Origin: Auanema rhodensis | Lineage: Eukaryota; Animalia; Nematoda | DNA: 64,000 bases | NCBI GenBank assembly: GCA_964057225.1 | Contig: OZ059894.1 | Coordinates: 13,888,001-13,952,000, forward strand | Direction: 5' to 3' | In this document: piece by piece, positions 37,717 through 49,419 of the stretch | How positions within the stretch are numbered: the first letter of the stretch is position 1 | Layout: each line of letters starts with the position of its first letter | Made by a program: the position numbers and the translations under genes | The notes under the pieces: generated by a model | Databases searched by the model: none | What the model was told of the DNA's origin: nothing | Seen by the model: only the letters and a program-made list of their open reading frames with translations

Positions 37717-40700
37717 ATGTGCGGAATTTGGGCTTCTCTCGGCTTAGCACTTCCGCCAACGGAATATCAGCAGCAGCAGTTTCTGAAGATTGTGGGTCGT
37801 GGCCCAGACTATACTGCTTTGGAAGAAGTACAGCCCAATGTTCTTCTTGGTTTTCATCGTTTAGCCATTGTAATGGTAAGTTTTAAAAACCTTCTTCCAA
37901 CTTTTTAGAGAAAATTATTAAAGATTTTCATATTTTTATTTTCATTTTGTTTCTTAAAATGATTGTTGTTGTATTGTAGCCTGGTGATATTCCAAGCCAA
38001 CAACCAATTGTTGGTCATGGTCTTGCTGTTGTTTGTAATGGAGAAATCTACAATCACAAAGAACTTAAGGTATTTTCTATCATCATAACATATACAATAA
38101 AAATAATTTTAATAATATTTAGAAAGGATCTAATCTTGATTTGTCAAATAATGGCAGTGATTGTGCTGCTATTATTCATGCTTTTATCAATAATAGTATG
38201 TTATTTATACATGAAAATAATAACTTATATGAAATATTTTATAGACTTTGATTTGAAAGCTGCATGTGCTTCTTTGGATGGAGTTTTTGCTTTCATTATG
38301 GCTGATTCAAACAATGTTTATGTTGGACGTGATCCTATTGGAGTTCGTCCATTATTCTATGGAACTGATAGTAATGGTACGTTCTCTTAAGTCATTTTTC
38401 TATTTTTAGAACATTTCAAAAGAAATATCTCTTTTTGGAGCTGAAAAGATAAAAAAAGACAAAGTGTAATCAGAACTTAAAAGAAATAAAACTGGGGAGG
38501 GGGTGAGGACAAGGAGGTGATAGGATAGGAAGGAGCTTTTTTCGTCCAACGTTCTCTCTTTCTGTCTCATTTCTCCCTCTTTTCCTCTCATTGTGTGATA
38601 GTTCCACTTTTTCCCTTTTGAGAATTAGTGATTCACCAAGAGTGTAACTGTCTGTAAATGCTCTCTCTCAACTCTCTCATCAGCAGAGGAGCTGTTTTGG
38701 AGATTCTCGGAAATAAGATGAATGGCCGAAAAACAGTCTGCAGCTTACTCACGCTCCAGCGTCCTTCTTCACCATCTTATCTAATTATCATCTTCCTCTT
38801 GTGTAAACATCCTATCGAGTCGAAGAAGCTTAAAGCAATTGACTATGAATCTCATGATGCTAATGGACAATGCCAGAAGTCGTCACCGTTGATGACAGTA
38901 AATTTTCTGTCTAGAACCTCATCCGGAATCTTTCCTTCTCCTATGACGATCAACTATTTATCATCATCAACGTCCAGATTCTGTTTTCCTCCTTTCAAAT
39001 TCTTGGTTTTCTTTTCCTCCAACATGTTTTGGCGCCCAAGGTAAGGGTAAACATGCAGGAGGTGTTATCACGTAAGCCGCTTAAGCTTTACAACCGCTTC
39101 TTGGTATATGAAAAATAAAATTAAAGAAGGGAAGATGTAAAATATGATAAATGAAATGTAACAGAGCATTTTATATCCTTCTTTTCAGGAGTATTGTTTT
39201 TGGGATCTGAAGTTAAAAGTATTGAAGAATTATGTGATAAAGTTGAATATTTCCCACCTGGATGTTGTGCAACTATTCCACTTAACTTCAAGGGCAGGTT
39301 AGTACTTTATTCTATAAATAAAATATATAATATTTGATGTTAGTTTCTAATTTATTTCTATTTTTCTAGAACAATTCCCGTTCAACAATACTTTGTTGTT
39401 CCAACAATTGCTGATCGTTGCCTCTCCATGGATATGACTCAGGTATTGATTTAAACTTCAAAGATTTCATTTAAAATAATTAATTTACAGGATCTTGTTC
39501 GTAAAGTGCTTATCAAATCTGTTGAAAAACGTTTGATGGGAAACCGTAATTTCGGTTTCATGTTATCTGGTGGTCTTGATTCTTCCTTGATTGCATCTAT
39601 TGCCACTCGCTTCTTAGCTACTGTATGTCTACAAATGGCCATCGGATTGACGTCATTCGTTTGTTTTCAGAAACCAGTTGCTTTTTCCGTTGGCTTCGAA
39701 GACTCTCCAGATTTGGAGAATGCCCGTCGTGTAGCTGAATTTCTAAACATTGAACATCGTGTCCTTGTCATTACACCTCAACAATGCCTTGACATCATTC
39801 CAGGTATGTTGACACTAGCTTTTCATTTTATAAAACATCAATGCTTCCTAACAGCTATAATTGACTTTATCCACATTTCTCACGTCATCTGAATTTCAGA
39901 AGTCGTTTATGCTCTGGAGACATTCGATCCCCTCATCATTCGCTGTGGTGTTGCTCACTATCTCCTATGTAAACATATTTCTGAAATCTCCGATGTTAAA
40001 GTACTTCTATCAGGTAGGTCTATACACTATATTGATAAGCTTGAACAACAAAAAACAATAAAACAACAAAAATCAACAGTCAACACATCTCCATTTTTCG
40101 ACATATCGTCTACGACGTCGATCTGTACGTTGACGCCGTCGCTTCGCGACAGATTCTATTTCGGGGATATCGAAGTTAGCTTGCTCACTTGACAATCATC
40201 TCATCTCGTTGACTATCAGTGAGATGCACCAGGCAGTGGATTGTTGAGCACAACTTTTCAATTTTGCCTTTCTCTATCTCTTAGCAATTTACGTCAGTAA
40301 TCTCGAGCAAATAGATGGAAGTAATGGATAAAAACGAGTTTTCTCTTATAAGACTAACTTTTTTTATTTAAGAGATACATTTCTTGAGTTTTCAATAGTA
40401 GTCCGTTTGCCCTTTTATCCTTAAAAAATCTTATCCAATCGTTAGCTTTTTATTGAACTTTTGTAATGTACGGAGAAGAGTAATCTGAACTCCTTCTAAG
40501 CTACCGTAATCTTTTAACTTTTTCTTAGAACAGCTTTTGAAATCGATACTTTTGATGATATCTTTTGATTCTTTTTTCATTTCATTTCAACTAATTTTAT
40601 CATTTTTGGAAGAAAGTTAATCTTTTGATCTTTATTACATAATGACTTATTGGGAAGAAAGGAATGAAACGACGGAAGCTACAAACATCCCAAAATAGAC

Positions 40701-41688
40701 ATAAATAAAGAAAAGAAAGATGAGAAGAAATACAAAGAAAACGAAAAAAACAAAATAAGATTTTGATTTTTCAAAGAAAAGAATGGTACTTACTATCTGC
40801 CTCTTATCTTCTGAATCCAAAAATTATTTAGTCATTAGAATACATTTTTCAGGTGAAGGAGCTGATGAACTCTTTGGATCTTATGCTTACATGCAGAAAG
40901 CTCCAAATGCTTTCCATTTACATAAGGAAATGCTTCGTCGCTTAAAGCATCTTCATCAATATGATGTTCTTCGTTGTGATCGTGCTACTTCATGCCATGG
41001 TCTGGAGATTCGTGTTCCATTCTTAGACAAAAAGTTTGATTCTTTATAGTTATTCCTGAATTTACTTAAACTGTTACAGATTCATTGACTTGGTTACACG
41101 TCTTCCACCTACATACAAGCTTATGCCAATGAAGCTTGAGAAGCATGTTCTTCGTAGTGCTTTCGCTAAATGGCTTCCTGAAGAAGTTCTCTGGAGAAGC
41201 AAGGAAGGATTTGCTGAAGCTCTCGGTAAGCTATACTTCATTTAGTTTGAACACATACACATAAGTAATTATCCAAATATCATTAAATCTTTTCTTTTCT
41301 TTCAGGAAAAACTGATCTTGGTGATATTGTTCATAATCATGCTTCATCTATCGTGAGTGAAGATCTGTTCAACACTCGTGCCGAGAGATTTCCTGATCGA
41401 ACTCCAGAAACCAAAGAAGAATTCTGGTACCGTGATATCTATGAAAACACCTTCAATTATGGAAAAACTGCTCATATGGTTCATACTAAGGTTTATAGGT
41501 ATGTTTTGTGTCTTTAAATATATTAATTATATGTAAATATAATTATTTTTTATAGAACAGCTGCTTGGCATCATGTGGAAGAGAAAGAAAACTTCAAAGA
41601 CTCATTGGATGTTAAGGAAGATATTCCTGATCTTGTGCGTATGAGACGTCGATCAACTGGTTCCGCTATGATGTCTGGTGTAGCTTAA
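37717..41688 (+). CDS. asns-2: Asparagine synthetase, glutamine-hydrolysing, ~13 exons
   Basis: N-terminal MCGI (catalytic Cys2), RGPD, LGFHRLAI, CNGEIYNH, LDGVFAF, RDPIGVRPLFYG, MLSGGLDSSL (PP-loop), LSGEGADELFGSY, DRATSCHGLEIRVPFLD, EKHVLRSAF, WRSKEGF; stop TAA 41686-41688. Confidence 0.97.
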
Positions 41689-43155
41689 TTTTGATGAAAA
41701 AAAGCAAAAATACCATAGTTCTTTCTCTCTTTGTCACTCTCTGTGATCACTTACTCTTCGTCTCTCTATATCATTCTTTCCCTTCCTTTCTTTCCTATTT
41801 ACAAAAGTATTACGAAAAGCAGATATTATGCTTGTGTAGACGTCAATTACAATCATCAATGTCATTACCGTTCCAACTAGCTTGAAGTTGATATGTTTAT
41901 CTGTCGGTTGTAGCTATTCCCGAATATGATACTCATTAGTCTGTCTGATGACTATTCACGACATTCTTTTAAAGAGAAAATTCCGAAGACGTTCCATCAT
42001 CTTCAGCATTAATCTCAAAGTATCATTTGTGTCTTCAATAACCTATATATGCATCTAATACATTCAACATCCTATCTGTTCATTACTTCATCAGTCTTAC
42101 TTTCTTTCTCTTGTCCCCCTTCCCCTTTACACCCCTCATTCCACTTGTGAATATTTCAAATTTGAATTTTCTAAAGTAGAATGTTACTTTTTCATATTTT
42201 CACTTTTATATTCCGTTTGTATGCATCTAATCCAAACTGATTCCTTTATTCATTTTCCTTTCCATGACGCCTTTTGCCATTGCCTATCATAATCTATGAG
42301 ACAAATGTTAAGAGTTCCGGTGTCATTTAGATGATTCGCTAGAAACATTTAAATTTTATTTTTTTTTCTTTCATACTATTACTATAAATATATATATTAT
42401 ATTATATAATTTTAATATATATATGTATATCTATTTTGACATATGTTTTATATTTTTAAAACTTATTCTTAACTTGTAATATCTACTATATATTACTATT
42501 GTTTGTACATATATCGCTAATAAAATTGCATTGCAACCTTTTTTTTAAGCTTTTTTAAACATCTCATCCCTTCTTCCGTTCATGAAATACTTGAGTATTT
42601 GCCGGTTCCGGTCATTTTTCCGGAGACAAAAAGAATTAAAAGAGAAAATAAACAAACGACTGATAGCGACCTGATCTAAAGATTTTCTTTTTTGCTCTCG
42701 TTCACTTTCATTCTCTCTCTATCCGTCAATTTTTCTCTCAATTTCTCTCCTTTTTCTTATATGTTTCTTTTTTTTCTCTTTAAATTCTTTTCCTAATTTC
42801 TCAAGAATTCTTCTCCGGTTTCAAACCCTCCGGAAAAGTGCAAATAATAGTGGAGACGACTAGAAATGACAGTTGGAAAAAGAGAAAAGAAACTCTTAAA
42901 TCTAATGAATACCAAAACTCAAAAAAAAAAGAAATTATTAATGAAAAGCTTACTTGATGTTATATATTTTTATTCAATTATAAAAAAAATATTTCTAATA
43001 AAGAATTACACGTCAAATTACGTGACAAAACAGCACAAAAAATTTAAAAAAGTGAATGAAATGAAAACAGCCAATTATATGATGTTCATTTGAAAAATAT
43101 GATTTACACGTTTTCACGTAAAAAATTTAAAATCATCATTTTCTTCCTAAAATAT

Positions 43156-43174
43156 AGATCGCCTGGTTTGATAT
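43156..43174 (+). promoter_or_regulatory. msp-type bipartite sperm promoter element (AGATCT-N7-WGATAA-like)
   Basis: AGATCG-cctggtt-TGATAT: exact N7 spacing, one mismatch per half-site, ending 37 nt before the PTP start codon. Confidence 0.5.
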
Positions 43175-43210
43175 TACTTGTGAAAAGAAATTTACGTACT
43201 TGAATAAATT

Positions 43211-45050
43211 ATGTGTCTTCGTAAGAAGTAAATTATATTTTTCTGTTATAAATTAAATATTTTTATTATTTTAGATTACAAAAATTAATAAATAATGCTG
43301 TAAATCCGAAATCGAAAACGAAACAAAGCGAACAGACATCAGATGATACTCGTGAGATAAATTTTAATTATACTTAATGTAGTAATATATGTATTTATTT
43401 ATTCAGCTGATCATAACACAAAAGAAAAATCCAAAGATGCACCTGAGCCGCCAAAAACGGCTCTTCCTTCTCCCAATCGTCAAAGAAAACATCGAGATGC
43501 TGAAAGAACTCAAGCAGATAGTCCAAGTCCATTGAAACAGAAAGGACAGAAAAAACATTGTGTAAGCTGAAATATTTAATTTTTTTTCAAAAAATCAGAT
43601 TATATTCAAAAACATTTCTCATTCATCTAGAATGAGAGCTCTTTCCGAGTACCGAAATCAAACTCAAAAGCTAGAGAAATCGTAAGTTTGTTTATTTACT
43701 AAATTTTTGTTATTAATTTCATTTTGTTTTTCTAAAAAGGTGCAATCTTGGGTACAACGTGCACTTGACATGGGAGTACCAAATCTCGTACGAGAATTTC
43801 AATCATTAGCAAAATGGAATCCGGATAACATGACATATAATGCTTTTCTTCAAAACAAAGAAAAAAACAGGTAAATTATATTATATACTATATAGTATAA
43901 GTTTATTTGATTATCTTAGATATCAAGATGTTCCTTGTCAAGATGATCGTCGAATTGTTCTCAATTGGCCAGGCTTGGATAGTGATTACATTCATGCAAA
44001 CTTTGTTGCAACACCAAATAGTGATAAACGATTTATATGTACTCAGGTAAATTATAAATTATTAATTATACAAAATAATAATAATGTAGGGACCATTAGA
44101 AGGAACTCAATTTTCATTTTGGGCTATGGTCATACAAGAAGAAGTTGAAAGTATTATAATGCTTTGTAATACAATTGAATGTGTTAGTTATATATAACTT
44201 AAAATAATATTGTTTATCAATAATATTTTAGGGAAAAATTAAATGTCATCAATATTATCCGATTGAAAAGAATTCATCTCGTTTATTTGGTGAAGCAGAG
44301 TCAGCTATACTAATTACAACCATTGAGGTTATTCAAATTAGTTTTTCATTTAAAAACAAAATAAGTTCAGACCAGAGTTCTTTCAAATGAAGACCCATTT
44401 GTACGTGTTTCAAAGATGATTGTGCATTGGAAAAGCAAAACAGGTGAAACTTTGTCACGAATCATCAGCCATTATCAATGGGAAAACTGGCCTGACCGTG
44501 GTGTTCCTCCAACAAACTTGACAGCAGTTGTAAGGATTTTTCGTTCAAATATTTCATTATTTCGATTATTAATCTTTAGAATATTTTATCTCAAGTTCGC
44601 GGTTCCACTAAACCTATTTTGGTTCATTGTTCAGCTGGAATTGGAAGAACCGGCACAATCGTTGCTATTGCATACATTCAAGAAAAAATGCAAGCTGGTG
44701 TAAGTTGAGAACATTTTTAAAAAAAATTCTAATAACAATATAATTATTAAAAATTATTATTTTTTTCTAATTTCAAGTTGAATTGCATGGATATGAATGA
44801 TCTTTTAAAAGAATTAAGAAGTCAAAGACCATACTCAATTCAAAATGAATTTGTAAGATTATTATCTTAATTATACATATATATATAGTTAATTTTCATT
44901 ATATTTCAGCAATACATCTATGTTCATCGAGTATTATTGGCTTATTTTCTCGAGCGATATGCTGACCGACACATTTCTTGCTTGCAAGGAGAAAATGCCG
45001 AAAAATACCGAAAATGGGTTGAAGAATATAAACTACTTACGTCTCAATAA
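43211..45050 (+). CDS. Non-receptor protein tyrosine phosphatase of the nematode-expanded (sperm-enriched) type
   Basis: Spliced product has a charged low-complexity N-terminus, then [46 protein letters not shown] (WPD loop), [11 protein letters not shown] (intact catalytic Cys) and SIQNEFQY. The first micro-exon (43211-43227, MCLRK) is inferred from splice phase. Confidence 0.92.
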
Positions 45051-45261
45051 CTAACTGAAACAAACATATTGTTAAAAAGAAAAAAACTTCAAAAATAATG
45101 TTTTTCCTATTTGATTTACTTTCATATTCTGCTTTCATCTGAATTATCATAGCGTATATTTTCTTTTTTTACTTCTTTTTTTTTAAATTTGAAAGTAATT
45201 AATAAGATTTATATGATTAGAATGAAATAATAATTTTAAAATCAAGTAGATATTTGCAAAT

Positions 45262-47404
45262 TTACACTTGTGAAGAAGCATTGAGAGGTAGTTTGGTTGT
45301 TTCTTCAACACTAGGCTTTTCCGACGATTGCTCAGTATAGCTGGCAGGCTTGTCCGTGAAGAAGATATATGCTAAGAAATTTGCCTGAAACATATCAATG
45401 TGGTATCTTCTCAATTTTTTTAATTACTATTAGAAGCATCAATCCACAAATCAAATAAACGGGTGACCATTGTTCCGCCGATGTTTCATCAGTAACTAAT
45501 TGCTGAACAAGTAAAGGAGATGTGAATAAAGCAACGCATTTCATCCATTGAATTGTTCCAATAACAATATGGGCAAACTGTCTAAAAATTCATAAAAAAG
45601 GTTACAATCTCAGCAAGAAATCATGAAAAACCTTGAAGTTAAAGTTCCGCATTTGTAAAATCCAGCACAGTTCATGCTAGAGAAGCAATGAAAAAGTGTG
45701 AAAAGTATAACCGATAGAATAGCTGATTCAATATATCTGAAGGAAAGAAAATTTCTCGTAAACATTTAATGAGAAAATTTAATGATCTCTATTATGTATT
45801 GAAACATACCCAATACATGCTAATATGATACCGGGTATACCAACAGCTAATGTATTGAAAAATAACATTTTAGTCATTTCAGATACGCATCTATAATATA
45901 ATATTTTAATTTTTATAATTTTATTTTATGTTTTTGTTAGTGATCTCATTATTTTTGGTCAAATTATTTTAAGTTGAAATTACTTACTTAACTTTATCAC
46001 TACATATTGCTGCTACAACTTTGAATGGTATATGAGCTAATGTAGATATAGCTACCATATATCCAGTTGCTTGGATACTGTAGCCAAGAACTCGATTAAA
46101 GTATATTGGTGTATAAGTGACAATCAGAATGACAACAGACATTTCTACAAATGCTGTAAACCATACAGAAAGAATTGTTGGGTCACTTAATAACTTCTGA
46201 AAAAAAAATTATTTTTCGTTTTTGATTACTGTATGTATATGATCTTACTGAATATGGTATGGATTTTGTTTTTCCTTCAATATGTTGCTTTGACTTTCCT
46301 TTTTGAATAACACTAAGTTCACGTAATGTTACATATCTGGCTTTTTGTGGATCATCAGTGTAGCATATGAACCATAAAGTGAAGATGAGAAAACCAGCAA
46401 CAGCATGAAGATAGTATGATGATCGCCATCCAAGTGTTACGCATAACTACAATTATAAATTATATTTTACGTATATTTTTCTGATAATACATTAATTTTT
46501 AATATTAAAAATAGTATTTTAGTGAATGCAATTCTTTTGAGTCATTTTATAATATCTTCGATGTTTTCACATCATTTTGTTTTTCTTTTTACTTATGATA
46601 TTTCTGAAACATACTTGACCAGTTACAGAATTTGTGATAATACTTGAAAATGGTGTAAATGATGTCAGAATACCAATAATAATTGCTAATTCTGATAATG
46701 GAGCCCAACGAACACATATTAAACCAATAGCCGCAAAATCTGCAGCATATGCTAAACCCTAAAATAAATTTTGTTTGTTAAATATTACTTAAAATTATTA
46801 TAAATTACCTGTAAAAACCGAATAAATAAAAAATACTCAATTCCGGCATGAGCCGCAAATGGTGTTAAAGCTGTAGCTACTACTGATAACATGCCACAAA
46901 CAAAGAATGGATATCTGTAATTTTAAATGTTTATTATATAATTTTCTATTATATATTATATGAAACCTAGCTCCACATTTTGTATAAAGATAATTAATTG
47001 GAAATGTTCCAATCAATGTTCCAATGGCAACAGCCCATATTATAGCTGATTTTTCGGATGTTGTATAATCATATATACTTTTAGTCTATAATTAAAATTT
47101 TTAATAAATTATAATTAATAGGAATTGGTGTATTTGAAAAAATGTCATTTGCGATTGAAAGAAATATGAAATAATTCATATAAATAGCTATATATTGTGG
47201 AGAAAGAAAGGAGTTTACCTGATTTCCTATTGTATAAGTAGTGGAATAATCATCTTTCATACAAATAAAAGTAAAATTGATAATATTATAGTTAGAACAG
47301 ATGCTAGTTAAACATAAGAATGACACGATTATAATAACTATACGGTAATAATTACCAAATATAGTCATTCGATTCTGTAATATAGGTATATGTTCTTCAG
47401 CCAT
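45262..47404 (-). CDS. MFS transporter, nematode-expanded SLC17-like family, multi-exon
   Basis: MAEEHIPILQNRMTIFGNYYRIVIIIVSFLCLTSICSNYNIINFTFICM...AIIWAVAIGT...RFLQGLAYAADFAAIGLICVRWAPLSE...GWRSSYYLHA...IPY...FYKCGTL...EQWSPVY...FFTDKPASY...SQV*. GT-AG introns throughout. Confidence 0.92.
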
Positions 47405-47440
47405 CTTTGAATTCAGAAGACAATATGAATACAGAAACTT

Positions 47441-47460
47441 CTTTTATAAGTTTCTGATAA
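47441..47460 (-). promoter_or_regulatory. TATA box (TATAAAAG) with adjacent TGATAA GATA site of the MFS gene
   Basis: CTTATAAAAG on the minus strand at 47441-47450, ~40 nt before the ATG, and TGATAA at 47455-47460. This is the typical layout of ELT-2-driven intestinal genes. Confidence 0.55.
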
Positions 47461-49419
47461 CCTCTATCTTTCTCTCTCTATGAACTCTGTTCTTATATCT
47501 GCTTTGATTTTTGCTTTAAACGAAAAGGGCGGTATAGGTTAGGTCAAAATGTCATTATAATGATTTATATATGGGAAATTACTTGAAATTTGGATGAGAT
47601 TTCTAAAAAAATAATGATTTAAGGATAAAAAGTATAAGAAATAGAGAGACAAAGAGAAAAAGAAAGAGAGAAGAGAGAAATAAAATGAAAAGCGACAGAA
47701 CATGTGAGTGAAGTTATGATCTTACGATGAAATAAGTTGAACGATATAAGAGCGATTTCAGAAAAATTAAGAAAAATATTATTAATCAATAATTATTCTG
47801 AACAATATATAATGTGTGTGATTGGGAGAAATAATCAGCTAAGATATTCGGACAGAAAGAACCAGTTTTTAGTTATTTGATACATTTATCATTTGTTCTA
47901 TCATAGCTTATATCTGATGTTGATTATCCAATCATTATTATTAAACATAAACATGAAGCATTATGATTTCATCTGATTATCTATATATGATATGATTTAT
48001 ATTTATATTTGCTTTGTTCTTTTTTTTATTCTTTTCCTATTCCTTCAACACAATCTTTAATGCTTTTCTATTTTCATTTTCATTTAATTTTCTAATTAGT
48101 TCAATTTTAATCCTTAAGATCAATGTGTTGATGGAGTAAATAACACGAAAAAAATTGTAAAAAGAACTGTGATAATTCCCAGAATACTGTTCATATTACT
48201 TGTCGATCTTTCGAACAAAGGTTGTCATCTAAATTTCTATTAACAGAATATACAGTATTCTCTTTTCTTTAAAGTGTGATCAGTGAACTTCAACCCCGTA
48301 TATCTTGTCAATACGTCATGTATGTATATCAATGAGATCTTCACGTGAAATGTGTTGTGCAACAATTCGCAACATGCAAACTTTCTTTTTAAAAATTGCA
48401 TCATTGCCTGGAATAAAAAGATGTAACTTATTAGCTTCCACAGTTTGCATGATCAGTATGTCATTTGATTCAAGTTGATTTTTTGAACAACTTATTCGTT
48501 GAACACAAAATTATGCTTTTTTGATCTTTAATAGTCTGGACACGTCAAACAATTCACACTTCAAAAAATGTTATCAGATGTTAAAGTAATTTTTATAAAT
48601 AACATTGATAATACTATTAGCATATGTTTATGTAAGTATATAAATATACATTTATACTATAGTATAGTATATATTTATTTATTTTTATTTTATAATTCTA
48701 CTATTATTTATATTTTCTATATAATTTGCATATTGATTATAAATTTTTTTAAAGTTATTTTGCACGTATACGGTATGATCAATATAAAATATGAAGATTT
48801 CTCAATTTATTTAAAGATTTGTCATTGAGCGGTTGAAGAATAATTCGCTTTGTTCATATGTTGAACATTTTTTTAAATTCTTTGCAAAAGTTTTGTATCT
48901 TTTGAATGATATCTTCTATATATATGTATGTGTTCTATGGTTTATAGATGTTCTTCCTTATTAATATTTGTTCTTTATTCAAATAGATTATAGATATTAT
49001 GTAACTTTCTTTTCTTTTATATATTTTCTTATTATTTGTTTTATACTGTTGTTGTTCTAACTATTTTTTTTTCATTTGATAAACAGAATATATTTGTTTT
49101 TAATCAACAAACTTTTTATCGAACGCCAAAAGAAGAGAGAAAATTGATACAACGATAATAGATAGAAATTCCCTCCTTAAGATGGAAAGAGGGAAGAAAG
49201 GAGGGAAAATGATCAAGAGAGAGAGAGAGAGCGAGAGATCAGAAAATGATGATGAAAAAATAGAACTTTTTAGTTCAAATTTAACATATCAAATAAAAAA
49301 CAGATAAAAATAAATATTTTTAGGAATAGAAATCTGATGTAGCCAATATTTTGGCTTTTTGTTTCCAACTTCAAAGAACATCCATGTATAAGGATTTTCT
49401 AACTTCAATGTCTTTGAAA

